From assembly GCA_010015585.1 (NCBI GenBank), contig ML975187.1: a stretch of 64,000 nucleotides of DNA; one strand, 5' to 3'. The notes beneath the pieces were generated by a model that saw nothing but the letters and a program-made list of their open reading frames with translations, was not told the origin of the DNA and searched no databases. Below, in pieces: positions 38,511 through 52,900 of this stretch. A program made the position numbers and the translations under genes. The DNA is from Eremomyces bilateralis CBS 781.70 (Eukaryota). Each line of letters starts with the position of its first letter. Within the stretch, counting starts at the first letter, position 1.

Positions 38511-41500
38511 TTGAGTCCGTGAAAATCTCAGGAGCTCATTCGTGGCATTACAGTCCGCAGCCATCTATTCATGTTAAACCAATTAGGGAGGCCAATTGAA
38601 CTTATGATGAATGAAATAATAGCTTCTGAAATAAGTCCCGTGCGTAATTGAAAAGACTAGAATAGCGAACTTGTGGAGATGTTGAGGTCTGGTGGTTCAC
38701 GAATGCGGATAGCCCATCAGAGAATTTCAAGGTGCATTAAAGAAAAGTGTAAGGAGCCATTCAAGGCGGATTTTGGCAGAAAAAGAGCGAGAATAAGAGA
38801 GAGAGATATTCATACGCCCGTCAGGCCTCTTCGCGAGGCCCATGTGGCCGACCTAGGGCAGTTCAAATGATCACTAAGGCTCAAGGAACGCGGCATTAAT
38901 AGGTCCGAGCATTGTTGAGTCATCCAACCATCCTTCATCATGAAGATTGAAGCCATATACATACACGTCCATTCCTGTTATGGTTTGGTCATTTGAGTGA
39001 TGAAGATGTCGATTACAAGACTGTATACAATTGGAGAGAGCTATAAAAGAATGGGTAGGATCCCCAAACACCGATGTGGGAGCCTCAGGTACTAATATTT
39101 AGGGAGTGCTATACCTAATTGGGCTAGTATCTATGACGGCTTAATGAGCGCTAGGGCTAAATCGGGTTAGATTTCATGAAGACTTTAGTATTAGCCTATG
39201 AGGACGGCGTGCCCTAGAGTAGTTGAGACAATCAGATATTACTAATCAAATTTTTATTTCGACACGAACTGAAACGTGATAGAAATACGAACGCAACGAG
39301 ACAGCGCCAGCTCCACGGCAGTAGACATGAGGTATTCTAGCGCAGACACACTTTCAGTGGGGAGAGGGTAGTTTGCCGCCAAACAACGGGGATGACAATG
39401 TTGCAAGTATCATCGACTTTATGGACATGCTCTATTTTGGATCAAAGCTGTATTGGGAGGTACTCATTTAGCAAGTTCAATAGCTGTTGTAATCACCTAA
39501 TCCCGAGACATGTTCTCATATTCATCTTATGGCAACAGAATATTGAGCATTCTTCAATCTTACATTTGCTCCCTCAAGTCTACAACGAGCCAATACTTTG
39601 TCAAGAAACGAGAAGCCTAAGTCAAAGAACAGAATTCCATGGGTCTCCGGATTACAAGACCGTACATCTCACCCGTCGGCGAAGATGGAGGAGATGAGCA
39701 CTCCGAGGACTTGGTCAGGAAAGTCACCACAGCCGGTAATAATAATGGCGCAAGCCGCCATGGTGCTGGCAACTGTAGCCGCCTCAAGCGCCCGTCCAAT
39801 ATTTCCCTAACCCTCTGGACATCCCCGTCTAATTAGCGCAAGAAACGGTCGAAGCCATGTCCCGCTCTGGGCCTGTCACAATCTGGCTATTTGATCATTG
39901 ATGACAGATATCGAATTTACCCATCGGATCGTGCTCGAGGCGGTCGAGGCGTTCGCTCTCCTGCTGGCTGCCATGGAGGTGGGCTGACAGAATTATTCCA
40001 GCATGGAGAACTGCAGAGCCTGATTAATATAGAGGCGCATGATGGGGATTCGGGGTAAGACTGGATGCCACGCGGTATTGCAGTGTGGAGGGTCGAGACT
40101 CGAGACTCGAGGCCCGAGGGAGCTAGAGCCTTGTTGGTCGTCACTCGCCTGGCGGAAGGAATGGTATTCTCGGTTGCATGTCACGGCCCACGGATTGCTG
40201 CATATGCAGTATTATGCACACATCAACAACTACGTGATCGGGACCTAGCAGAGGTATCCCCCACTTGTTCTCGGTTCTCCCCGCTGCGTTTATGCTCGAG
40301 GTCGCTCGAGTCCTGGGGGTCTCTCGTCCCGATCTCTCTACCCGTCTCCATGTGGGTTGAAGGCCATCGGTGTCATCCAACCCAAATCCCTCACCCATCC
40401 AACGCTTACAATCGGAAGGCCGAGCCGAGCAATTTATGTACCATGCCTGATATCATGATCTTCACCTTCCCAGCTCGCGAGCCGACGCAACGATGGAGGT
40501 TTGTACAGATTAGTCAAGGATACCCGAAGGAGGCGTCGGGTCACCCACGCGAATCCCTGTCGGCAGAGGTGACGGTGGATGGTCGCATGGCGGATAAAAG
40601 GCAGGTCATCAAGTCGACGTCGGCGGTTCCTTTGTGCAAAGCGGGGTTCTCCGCATCTGCGAAGTGATATGCGGTTCCGGTTGATGACAGGACATAAGTA
40701 GACGTAGGGATCAAGCGTGCTGATTCTTGAAAGGGAGGGTGGGGTACGAAGTATGGCGAAGCGGAAGCGAGTCGTCGAGGGATTCGACGATTGACATGTG
40801 TCATTGCTGGGGATATCGAACTCAGGGTTATACGTAGTACGGTATACCAAGCCCATCGGATTCTGTATAGCCACTATACAGAAATCAAAATGAGAAAATT
40901 ACGGAGGCAGATCGGAGCGTTCCGTGAGATGATGAAGGATCCCGATCCCGAGCCCTGCGATGAGGAAAAGGGCATGTCCTGGAGCATCTCATCAAGATCG
41001 TGCAGACACCTGTGAGTTCGGTTGTAGCCATTCCATCGATTTCCCTGCGGATCAGAAGTGGTCGAGTCGAGCCGCCAATCACCAGAATCTCATCTTCAGC
41101 ACGATAATGTCCAGGGACCGGGATGCGTCGCTCAGATTGCATCCGACGGATCATGAAAAGTTGCGTCTGATGGTTGGGACCCCGATCTAGAAGTCCATCC
41201 GAAGACTCGAATGTTATTGAAAGTACTTGAGATTCGGCTTCGGTCTCCAGAAGAGAAACATCGGAAGAGATCAACTAGTCCAAACTCCAAACCCCTTTTT
41301 CGAAATCAAAATCAAGGCAAGAGCATCATATATTTGAAGGGCTCAGTGGTTCCTCGAAAGTGGTTCCGATATGGTCCCAATTTCCGCGCACCCCCGATTT
41401 TCCCAGGCGAGGGACGGAGGGGAGGGACCGGAGGTTCGCGTGATCCATCCACGGATGCAAATCATCAGCATGGAGCCATGGGCTAGTCGTCTAGTCGCGA

Positions 41501-42648
41501 TGGGGGAAATTTCTCTGTGTTTACGGCCTGCTTTTCTCTTGGGGTCTTGCCATCTTGGGGATTATGAAGTGGTAGAAGTATCTGGATCAAGACATCAAGA
41601 ACAATCGACCATCAACAAGCTACCCATATTCAATTGAGCGAATGACAGTAGGATAATGGGGATAATGAGGATAATTCGAGGACATGATGATGATTTAATG
41701 CCACCATGCAAGTGGATGAATTAGCGTGGGCGGACCCAGAGACTCCTTTTGAACTCGCACGCCCGAGACAACCGTGATTGACACTCGGATTGACACTCTG
41801 ATTGATGATTCTGCCAACGCGAACCACTCCACCAAATCCCTTAATTAGTTAGAGGCCTTCCGTAATAATCAATAATAATGAGTATTAGTACCATCGCTAG
41901 TAATAATTCCTCTTAAGGGTGAATACTGGGTGATTGTCATTTGTCGGCTTGGATCCTGTTTCCATCCTTGATCCTCCATCCTTCCATCCCGCTCGGCTTC
42001 TTCTTCTTCTTCGCTTCTTCCGTGTCTTCTTCTTCCCTCCCTCTCTTCTCTCCTTCACCGTGACACTTGCTCATTCATATCATCACATTGTGATTCTTTT
42101 CACCTTGCATATCGCCGCTTCCTCTTCTCCCTCCTCTCCTTTTAAATCCCGCGGCCATTTCTCCCGACTTTACCCTTTCCATCCACCCGTCCACATCTCA
42201 TCCTGTGAGCCCCATACAAAATTTCTTTCCTCTCCCCCCGTTCCTCGGTAAGCATGCAGAACACCAGACACCCCCATTGCAGAGCTGTGAATCGCTTCTT
42301 CCGGTTCATCCCTTGTCTTTGAATGAATGGTCCAATTCATTGTTTTCCCCTCCAGCGTTCTGTAGTACACGAAGTGTTGTTGGTGCGGTTCTCCGCACTT
42401 GGTTGACTTGTCCATACCCCATCCTTCCTCCATCATCTCCCATCGTTGACGACCTTGACATCAACGGCTAACGGTTCATCCGAAGTGTTGAAGCGGTTTT
42501 CGAGCCTCGCTCCCCCTCCGATTTCTTGCGCTCTCGAGCACTCACCTTGCACGTGGCCTATCAATCCTTCACCATTTCCTGATCCGACGATCCGGTCATT
42601 TGTTTCCGATACCGAATATTCTCTTTCTCCTAATCGCATCGAGACGCT

Positions 42649-44211
42649 ATGGCCTATTACGATAACAACAACACCTGGGGTGCTTCGACCCCGACCAGGC
42701 AAGGTTGGGAGCAACCTGCGGCGCCGTCGCGTTCTGGTAAGGATATAATGGAGGTTGAGTAAGGTTGAGGAGCGTTGTCTAACGGATCGCGTGCAGGGAA
42801 CAGTTCAACGGTCAACCGCGAACCCGACTCTTCGAGTGGGACCATTGCGTTCCTCCACCAATTCGAAGGTACGTGCCGCCGGTTTTTAGTACCACAAAGT
42901 TTGCACCGGGGTTGCGGAGAGCGAGCAGATGACTCCATTCCCCTGTACCAATCCAGGGTGCTGAAATGTGGTGGAATTGTATCTAACAATCTGCAGAGGT
43001 CGATCGTGCTATTGATAACCTAGTCAAGAGCGGCAAGCCTTTCCCTCCTCCGCCAGCGAGGCGCGACTCTATGCCGATGATGCCTGCGCGTCCAGCGGGC
43101 CCAGCGGTGGACTATGGTATGTACAACCGCATTGGATTTCCCACCATGTATACTAATCCCTCCAGGAATGGCATCTCGTCACTCCGTTGCTGAGTTTGAT
43201 GGCGGGCGCCCTGGCTCGTCCTCCAACCTGCAAAGCTTCTATGCCAACCAACGTTACGGTCCCCGTACCGAAGGTGATCCGGCCGCTCAAGCCAAGCGCC
43301 GAGCCGCCGCCGCTCGCGAACGCGAACTGCGCAACTACCATCAGGAGCAACAATACAACCGCAGTACGTCTAATCTCCTCGTCACCCCGGAGCTCAGTTC
43401 ACGTGGAGCCCCGCGAGATGAAGGGTTTCAACTGACGTGCCCCTCAGGCGTCGTGGCTGACGTTTCTGGCAACAACAAGTCTGACCGCTCGATGAGCCCG
43501 AACACCATGAGCGAAGACGAACGCCGTGAGCTCATTGCCCGCCAACACCGTGCCCTGTACGGCAACGACTCGAGCCTGTACACCGAAGCCAGCCAACCTC
43601 CCTCCCAAGACGCGCGAGTCGCCACCGCCGGCATCCGCGGCCACTCTCCCCTCGCCTTCGACCCCTATTATGGCCAAAACCCCCCACAAGGCACCGTACC
43701 CCCCCGTGACCCCTCCCAACCGTCCGACGCCTCCCAACCCCCCAACAAGGACGCCCCTCCCCCCCAACAATCCCGCTCCCGTGCCAACTCTACCTCCTCC
43801 CCCGCCTCCACCACCCAACCCACCACCTTCTCCCTCTTCGACAACGCCAATCCCCCCGCTCAACAATCCTCCCGCACCTCCACCTCCTCCCCCGCCGGCT
43901 CCCCCACCACCCAACCTGGCAAAGGCTCCGCCCCCTCCTCCACCGGCACCGTCGCCCCCATCGGCACCCGCCCCGCCGGCCCGCCGCAGAGCAAGCGCGC
44001 AACCACCCCCGGCCTGCCGAGCCCCTTGTCATTCGGCTACAACGCCGGCGAGGGACTGTCCAACGAGCGCAGCACCAGCGCGACGACGTCGAGCGCGCAG
44101 GGTGCCGGCGTGGAGAAGCAAGTTAGCGGCCTGGGCGCGTGGGGGAACAACGGCGGTGTCTGGGGCACGAAGAGCGGATTGGGAATGCAGGCGGGTGTCG
44201 CGTGGAGTTGA
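42649..44211 (+). CDS. Low-complexity protein of unknown function, probably conserved in filamentous fungi (5 exons)
   Basis: Four GT-AG introns join MAYYDNNNTWG...PSRS|GNSS...QFE|EVDRAIDNLVKSGK...QAKRRAAAARERELRNYHQEQQYNR...MSEDERRELIARQHRALYG...GVAWS*. Confidence 0.75.
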
Positions 44212-44908
44212 TCGGCGATCTCACACGACGACTTAATTCCCTCTCGGTTTCATTTTTGGCGGCGTGGGTTCCGGTGCATGCGGTTTCGCTTCTCGGCGGC
44301 ATTAATGCGGTGTTCGAACGCTTTTTTTTTCCTTCCTGGCTCTCTCTGTCATCGGATGGGGGATTTTTCTTTTGGCTTTGCGTGGCACGGCGACGGGTTT
44401 CGGTATCGGTAATACCATGGACGCAACCACGGAACGGGATCCGGGGCTTTCGGGCAATTTGGGGACAACACACTCACGGACACACAATTGGGTTTGCCTT
44501 ACTTCCTCTTCGACGACGGCACACTCTCACGGTCTCGGGCGCTCATCGACTTTTCCTTTCTCCCCAGCAATCCACCATTTCCTTTCGCATCATCTTGTTT
44601 CCCTTTCTTCGGCGTTTGTTTTCCCCCGACTCCCCCTGTTTTCTTCCGCCCCTCTCGAGACAACCCCTGTCCAACAAATGTGTATACGGGCGGTGGACAC
44701 CGGTCTTCCCCCCCACGGTACGGAATGGGTGGAACTCGGAGTTATTTCGAACGCGGATGTCGCGTTGCTTCTTCTGCATTTATGTGGCGCGGTAGCGATC
44801 AAAACACATCGTCATTGGGAGATACCCGTGCGTTGCGGGTTGTGGGGAGATGGGTGATTTCTCGGTTTTCGTGGTGGGATATGGTTTTCGAGGATGGCGC
44901 GTTGTGTG

Positions 44909-44936
44909 GTGTGTGTATGTGTGTGTGTGTGTGTGT
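44909..44936. repeat. (GT)n microsatellite, one interruption
   Basis: GTGTGTGTATGTGTGTGTGTGTGTGTGT. Confidence 0.9.
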
Positions 44937-45786
44937 ATCAGTGCGATCTATGTAACATCGGTGGGCGGGATGTGGACTGGGTGGATACTGGGAGTCTGGT
45001 GGCTGCTTGCATCGACGGACAAATTACTCTACCCTGTCCTCAGACGCGCACGATTCCATCCTCTCGTCATATCTTCCCCTTCTCATTCCACGAGCCGCAT
45101 CATCGGTTGTGTGTTCATGCGGGATATTTCGGTTCCCTCGGCACGGTTTCAGGATCTTGGAGTTGCTCAAGAGTGCGGATAGCCTAATGGGCGGCGGAGC
45201 CACGATCGATCGGCCATCGCGGGAGGCTACAGTGTGCGTTCTGTTGCATCGGGCGGCGGAGTCGCAGTCTATAATTTGGGGTTCTGGGTTCGTGTTTTTG
45301 CTTTTGGGGTTTGTTTGTGTAGGGTTGGACTTTGGAGGGTTTCCTGGATGCGGATTTGGGGGATGTTAGTTTACTGTAGTCAAGGAACCTAAAATATGGT
45401 GATTACTGTTTCTACAGTTAATTGTTGTGCCACTGAATGAAGATGAATGTGCATTGTCTCTCTACGGTGCAGACATATCTTGTCCATTAATTCTGTGTTG
45501 GTGGTTCTTCACATTAATCTGCAGCGTCGATTTCCAGGAGTCGATCCAGATTACGCTAAACCCAAACGGGACAACCCGGTCACCCTTGCTCTCCACGAAA
45601 TCGTGTCCTCAACTTCACGACTTCGCACCTTGAGCTTCTGATAATCCTCACACAACTCCATTGAATTGCCTCCGCCACCAGCAGACCTCTCTATATTCCA
45701 TCCTCCTCGTCCTAGCCGCCTTCCAAAAATCCAGTCCATCTAAAGGGAAAGGCCTGCCGCGCCTTTTCCAACTCCATCCACACACA

Positions 45787-46399
45787 ATGGTACGCTCTCT
45801 CCACCTCGTCGCACATCCCCATCACCAGGAATGCCATCCACACACAACTCCCCTAAGCGCGCCCTTTCCGCGCTCAGAATCTCCCCTATGAATCTCCCGC
45901 CCCCTTCCTCTCCCTCCTCCTAATCCCCACGAACCCCCCCAATCCCATAACTAACCACCCCCAGTCCACATCTCCACCCGCAACCGGCACCTCCACCGGC
46001 GCCTCCACCTCCCGCCCCTCCTCCCCCAAACCCCCGGGCGGCCCCGCAACTGCTATCCGCCGCAAAGCCGCCGCCGAGCGCGCCGACCGCGCGCAGAATG
46101 CCCGACCGAGCAGCACGCGCGCGGCGGGCGCCGGTGGGAGTTCCGGGACGATGTTGAGTATGTGATTTGGGTTCGATGGCTGGCAGAAAGGATCGGAGCT
46201 AACGGACGGGTAGAGTTGTATACGGATGATTCACCGGGGTTGAAGGTCGATCCGGTGGTGGTGATGGTGTTGAGCGTGGTGTTTATTGCGAGTGTGGTGG
46301 CGTTGCATGGTAAGTTAGGAGGGGATCGTGGGGATTTGGGAGATGGAGCTAACGGGAACAACAGTGTTGGCGAAGATTACGAGATATTTCACAAAGTAG
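45787..46399 (+). CDS. SBH1: Sec61 translocon beta subunit (4 exons, the first being ATG only)
   Basis: [61 protein letters not shown]; three GT-AG introns. Confidence 0.93.
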
Positions 46400-47329
46400 A
46401 GTTCGGGGTGGCATTGCGGAGTCGACGGAGAGAAGCAAGATGAACTGAGGATCACTCGATATCTATGGATGGCATCCAGGATCCTTGGCTGGTGATGCAG
46501 GTGGGGGCCATTGTGTTGAGGCATGCTACGGTGAAGAGCAACGGATCACCGAATAGTGGGAGTCGTTCGATGGCGTACGAGTAAAACTGCTGTATTATAT
46601 GGATTCTGAAAGCCCTGGATTTGAACAAAGTCTCCTTGATTCTCCCGAATGATGCCCTCTATCGATCTGCTTCCGTTCGGGCCCTTCCGATCCTGCACGA
46701 TCCAGAACCAGTCTGAGCACCCCTTTCCATTTCTCTGACCACGCTTCTCTCTATGCCTAAGGGATCCGCTTGTTCTACACAAATTCATCTCCTTCGTTTC
46801 GGTCATTTCTGTCGTCTACTGAACTCCATTTTATCCACATCCTTGAGGAGAATAGATAAGAGCCGTTGGTAGAACCAACATTCCGTCGACATTTAGTCGT
46901 GGATGGCACCTCGAACCTCATCGGATATCTATGCCTTGTGGACGTCCCTACCGCACCGTTGGGTCTTCCTTAATCTTATTCCGTTCTCGTTGATTACCAT
47001 ACCGTACGTCCTGGATTCTGCTTTCCTACGAGTGTGTATTACAGATCCCACGTTGAGCAGGCAACCGAATTCTACTACAAAGGCAACTTGGATGTTCGAA
47101 TATCGTTGATTATCTATCCATAGCATGATCTCACGATCTCATATCAACATATCCGATCCGAAAGACTAGCAGATCCACCGACTAACGCCGCCTATGTCCC
47201 AAACTCTTTTTCTGGTCCATACCTTCGCCCCAACGAAGCGGTAAGGTAAACTCATGCGCCGTCTATGATGCATAAGATATCATCATGACTAATGTGATGA
47301 ACGAGTTCAGACCAATAAGCCGATTCCCC

Positions 47330-50273
47330 TCACTTGTCCACACTCCCACTCCTCTCGACACCGATACCCCCGCCACCTAGCTCCCGCATACTCCAACTCG
47401 CCTTATGCGGCACCGCCCCCCTCGGCAACGACCCATAACTCAGTCCTCCCGACGCCGACCTCGTCCCCGACGACTCTGACCTCGACACCGATGTACTTCC
47501 ATCACTCCGACTCCTCCGAACCCGAGCAACCGTCAAGCCGCTTGCACCCCCCTCCGAAACCCCTGGTGATCTGGAGCCAGAGCTCCCGCTGTCCACACTA
47601 GCGTCACTGCGCGGACGCGACGCCGCATCCGCCGGCGTCCCATCCCACTCAACCCCCGTATCTATCCGCTCCAGCCGCGGACGCCGGGGTATGGCAATGC
47701 GCTCAGGAGACATATTCGGGCTCACAGACTGTGCCACGCTCGACGGAGCACGTGTGGTTTCGTCCTCATCTGCAGCGGGGTTGACCAGTACCGGATCCGC
47801 ATGGAAGTCCGCTGCAGACAGCGCTCGCTCGCTCCTGATATCCGGGTCCTCATCCTCGATCTTCGCGATCCGACGCACACTGCTGACCCGGAACCCCGTT
47901 ACGGGCGCCACGGTGCTGGTAGTGCTCTCGGACGCGAGACGCGACGCGTTGGGTCGCTTGCGCCAGAACAACAAGCTTTCAACGCTGATGGACGGTGATT
48001 TCTCCTGGGCGTCCTCCTCGGAGGGAGTCGAGCCTGCGCGGGCGAGGTAGGCGAAGTATTTCTCGCGGAGGCGGCGCCAGCGCTGCGGATGGAAGTCCTC
48101 AGTGGGGCGGTCGCGCATGATACTCATCCAGGAGGTGGCGGCGCTGATGGCGATGGCGACGAGGAGGAAGAGGGTGAGGAGGCTGTGAAGGACGATGATG
48201 ACAATGCCGATAGCGGTGGCGGGGATGCGGGGGAGGGCGAAGGGGGTGTGGAAGGTGGCAGCGAGGGCGAGGGTGGCAACCTTGCTGAAGCCGAGGAGGT
48301 AGACGACGAGAGCGTTGAGGCGGCGAGATTCGTAGGGATTGGCGTAGATGATGCCGCAGAAGGCGAGGGTTTCGACGGCGAGGAGTCCGAAGACTTGGAC
48401 CATCGGATGCCCGCTTGCCCCGCCGTACAATGTTGCACGAACGAACTCATAAGCTAACCAGTAGCAGAAGAAGAGCCACTGCGATCGGCGATACCGAGAG
48501 ACGAGCCAACCAAACCTAGTCATGTAGTCGATATCTTCGTGCACCGTTATCCCATCTTCGTTAGGAGTGTATTTAATGACCGGGACACAGAAGTGGATAG
48601 TACCCCTTTCACCCTCAGAATGCGAGACGCTGTCGCGGGAGATAGTCCACCACGGCATGATTTTGAGAACCCTTCCCTTCCCAACGCAGAACACTTCCTT
48701 GCCGAAGGTCCAAGTTCCACGCTTCATGCGATAGTAACCAGCGTATCCTGCAAGAGTGAAGCCGCCAATGAAGAAAAGGAGGAAGACCGTGGTAGAAATG
48801 CCTATGACTGCCGAAGCGCCATGATAGGTGAACTGGAATGTTGTAAGGAATATTATCATGAAGAATCCGATGAACAACGTCCTCAAGACTGCTGCTTGGG
48901 TGTAGAATTGCCAGTTCTTCCTGAAAAAACCAAGTCGATGACCTTTGACGAGATTGACCCGCATCATACCCTCCAGGGTCCATTTGAACAGTGCAACTGA
49001 GCTTCCGATTATAACGACGGCAGTGAGTAGCCAGAGGAACCCGGTCATGAACGCATTCGAGGCTGGGATATTTTCGAAAGAGAGCGTGCCCGCAAATCCA
49101 GAGTAATTTCCAGGTAGCGGTAGCCCAGCGTTAGCGGCTTTGCCATACCGGCTAAACCCGTTTGCCTCAGTCAAAAGGGCTCTCGTCGCCCACATATGAG
49201 TGGAATCGTCCGCGTCTCTTTTGTAGATCTTCCGGAGGTCATATTTGCCGGCAAGATTCTCGATTCGGAAACCAGTTCCTGAGGCACCAACGGCCATGGG
49301 GTTGCCCTTGTCCTCTCCAACTAGACGGTTGATCGAGCTTTGCATCGACTTGGTGAAAATCATTCCACCGGCCCACGCATAGTTGCTCCAGAATGCTACC
49401 AGGACACTGGGCAAGTTCAAAGACAAAGCCCCAGTGTAGTAAATGTGCTGGAAGACGGCAAAGACCACAAGAACAGACATGGAATGCGCATAGTGCTTCC
49501 TCATCTCAGGGACATTGTGGCCATAGATTGCTGTAGCGAAAGAGGAGACGATGGCAATGGTTGCGAAAACCCCCAATAGGGACCCGACTGCGTACGGGTG
49601 AGAGAACGTGGCGCCATTAGTGACCACCGCTGAGATACATCCAATTTCTGACTTCGTGGAGTTGGCAAATATTTGAAAGATGGCTCTGCCTTCGAAATCT
49701 GGAATCGTAAGGGCAATATCTAAGCCACATCAGCGTCATGTTTCCTCATTCCGAAAGTAGATGTCATACCAGGAATATTCGCGATGTCTTCAGGGGCGAC
49801 TAGGATATTCCCTCTGGCCTCGATCGGGATAGACTTGCTGAGAGGGCATGCGCTCCGGATATTGGCACTGCATGGGTTGAAGGGCAGCTGGAAACGGGTT
49901 TCGCCATATGCGGAGACGCCGATGTACACTATGAAGATCAGTTTCCATTGCTGCTCGACGTTGAAGAGATCGACGAACTCATAACCGCCTCCTTCGCCAG
50001 GGTGGTCGACCCTTGCAAATGAAACACCACTGTCATGTTATCCTTGTAAAACGCGGCATCGAACCTGGTCACCTTGACCAATGAGCTGCTGCCCATACAG
50101 TCGCCAAAATCCCCAGTATATAGGGCTGGCTTCCGGCTATCTCGGAGGGGGATCTTTTTGCCGTCAGGGCCCTGGACCGTGATCCATTTCTCTTTGGGGA
50201 CGATCGCCAACGTCTGTTGGAATACGGCGAAGAGGACGAGGAGGAACACGAGGATGCCACGGAAAACCGACAT
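47330..50273 (-). CDS. Flc/Pkd2-family TRP-like membrane protein with N-terminal ML-like domain
   Basis: Signal peptide; PALYTGDFGDC, VTRFDAAFYKDN, FNPCSANIRSACP; FQHIYYTGALSLNLPSVLVAFWSNYAW; many TM segments; 2 introns. Confidence 0.88.
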
Positions 50274-51563
50274 CTTGGACTCCTGAAGCTTCGAAGGACG
50301 AATTTAGATGCTTGCTAAATCTCCATTTGGCATTGTATGAGAACAAGTCTCAGCCGGAGGGTCGAGGATGGTGGGGATATTTGACCAGAGTTCCCCTTGA
50401 AACTGAAAGTGAATATAAGGGCCGATGGCCGTCGATTGGATTCATCAATAGACGATAAGTGAATTCGAGAATCGACAAAGTGGTATAATGATTGTACCAA
50501 GTGTTTGCGCATTCAAGACTCGTACAATGGGAATTAACACCTTGACCATTCACTCTGGCTTCATCTTTCATTCTCGATGGCAAGAATGCCAGCAACTAAG
50601 GGAAGGTGCTGCACACTGAAAGCCTGGGATTTTCAACTTCTATAGAGACAACAGTAATAAGCAAAGCGACATCACAGCGCAACCTGAACAGCGCGTCGAT
50701 GATATTCTCGACATTTGCCAGCTGTGGACGCATTCGGTGATGGACGACGATTCATGCTGCGAGAGTGACCTCATTCCGCACTTCAGCATTTCTACGGCAC
50801 CCTTCTCCCGCACACCAGCAGGCGAGCGTAACCTAGAATTCAGACCTGCAGCAAACTTAGAGGCTGCTGACACAGTTTCTAAAGTGCTCTTCTGATCCAA
50901 ATCTAGATCTTCTCTAATTAGATCGACCGTGTCTCATAGCTGTACCTTGAAATGATTCATTGACTGAGCCCATCAACGGGACCAGCGAGGATGCGTCATT
51001 GCAGTGACACCTGTGGTCTTGTTGGTAGTCTGCGGATAATCCTTCCTCTTCTAATTACTATTAACAGAAGAGCATGAAGTCTATATAATCTATAGAAACC
51101 GGAAGTTCGACCCATGAGCTGTCTCCTTCTCCGCCCTCCGCAATCGGTTCGTCACCCACGGTTGGAACTTGAACCATTCGTGGGAGTCCCGATCGGCGGT
51201 GGTGGCTTGCTTTAGTGCCGGGATATGCGGGGGCTAGCGACTAGTTACCGAATATCGTACCAAAGTCTAACGCCTAACGGCCACCAATCAAACAGACAGC
51301 AGTTTGCAAGATCGATGACGACGCCACGAGCACCAAGTTATTGAATACAAATATCGGGATTTTGGGGGTATGATTAGAATATACGGTTGCACTACAATGT
51401 CGAGTATTTGGACCTCGCTAACTAGTTCGGAAGACATGCTCTTCTAACACATGTGCGGAATGATTCCTACGAGGAAGTTTGATGAACAGGACGTAGGAGA
51501 GACGGTAGTTCATGCCGGGTCGTGGGTACGGATTGATGTGTGAGACTTGCCGATTTGCAATCG

Positions 51564-52900
51564 CTAAGTGTGGAACACCTTGTGGCCCGGACCGGAAGAT
51601 TGCCCGTTGCTCGCACCCGTAGCACTCTCAAAAGAGCCGTCTCCGTGATGCCAATCCGGATTATCCCAGTTGGGCAGGACATTGGTCAGATGTTCTGGCA
51701 GCTGATCCGGCCAATTTTTTCGAATCACCTGGAGCACTTCATCGTACAGGATGCGATATCCCGAGGGAGATAGGTGAAGACCTGCAACACATGAGCTTGT
51801 CATCAAACCCCGAACCGGAGCGACCATAACTCACCATCATGCAACAACTCCTCCAAGACTGGATTCGGTCCAAATTTTCGGCTGCCAGGTAGTACCGAAC
51901 TTCCAAGCTCCCAACCAGCTTTCAGCATGATTACTGTCCACATGTCCACGACTGGAACGCCCAGTTTCTCACCAAGTTCTCTCGTCGCCTCGGCATACTC
52001 TTTCGTCCGCTCAGCAGTCCGCCGGGGTTGATTGTAGCCTTTGGCTTGATCAACAACCCACTGCATGTACTCGTTGATCGGGGGTGGGGTAATGAGGATT
52101 ATTCGAGCGTTATGGGCCTTCACTTTCGCATGGGTCATTAGATGAGTTAGGTTTTCGAGGTACCGTGGAAGCGGAACGCTTTGATTGAGGTATGAAGTTG
52201 GCCAGCATGAGTCGTTGGCGCCGAAGAAGACGGTCTGCTTTATATGAGCCTTGCGAACAACCAATGAAGAGACTGAATATACCATGAGACGCATTCGGGC
52301 TTCGGTGACGGCTGGGATACAGCGGAGGAGGACTTTGATAGCCATATCTGTGTTGTAACCGCTGCTCCCAGTCAATGCATGCCACTTGAATGACTCAGGA
52401 GGAATTTTTGAAGTACCTTAGGCCGCGATTGACCACGTCCAACTTCCGGATATACGCTAGTGGATGGTCATTCTCTCGTCGTCGGGTCCACGTTGATTTT
52501 CTGACACTAACCATCTTGCAATGCAGCAGCGAATCCGAATCCTCGCTCTTGGGAACTAGCCTGCTGGGTGATAGAATCCCCTAGTAACAAGAAAAGGTCG
52601 TATAGCGGACCCTAATGGACTTAGATCGCAGACTTGAATATCAAAGGCGCGGAACCATACATATGCATTTTCATCATAAAGAACACCAGTTTCTGGAAAT
52701 TGTAACGCGTCAGACGGTACATACAATTCATGATGTATAATAGCAAATCGCGAGACTTGAGATTTGAGACTTGAGACTTGAGATTTGAGACTTGAGACTT
52801 GAGACTGGGGTCTGGGAACTGGGGACTGAGGATGACTTGGAGTTTTGTGTGTACCTGGGTGTCCCCCTGCTCGCAACATACTGGGCGACAGACGCGTCAT
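51564..52900 (-). CDS. SGNH/GDSL hydrolase (Iah1-like esterase), multi-exon
   Basis: LLLGDSITQ (block I), VVNRGL|SGYNT (II), VFFGANDS (III), D|GLHLS (V). The first exon (52900-52855) is tentative. Confidence 0.85.
52752..52807. repeat. Heptamer tandem repeat (GAGACTT) x8, imperfect
   Basis: gagactt gagattt gagactt gagactt gagattt gagactt gagactt gagactg. Confidence 0.9.

Noticed and set aside
39805..39814. CCCTAACCCT as a telomerase RNA template or interstitial telomere
   Set aside because: Under two repeat units and no recognisable pseudoknot or CR4/5 context; expected by chance.
40065..41486. ORFs of 130-200 aa as a gene
   Set aside because: No recognisable motifs, codon bias or consistent splice model.
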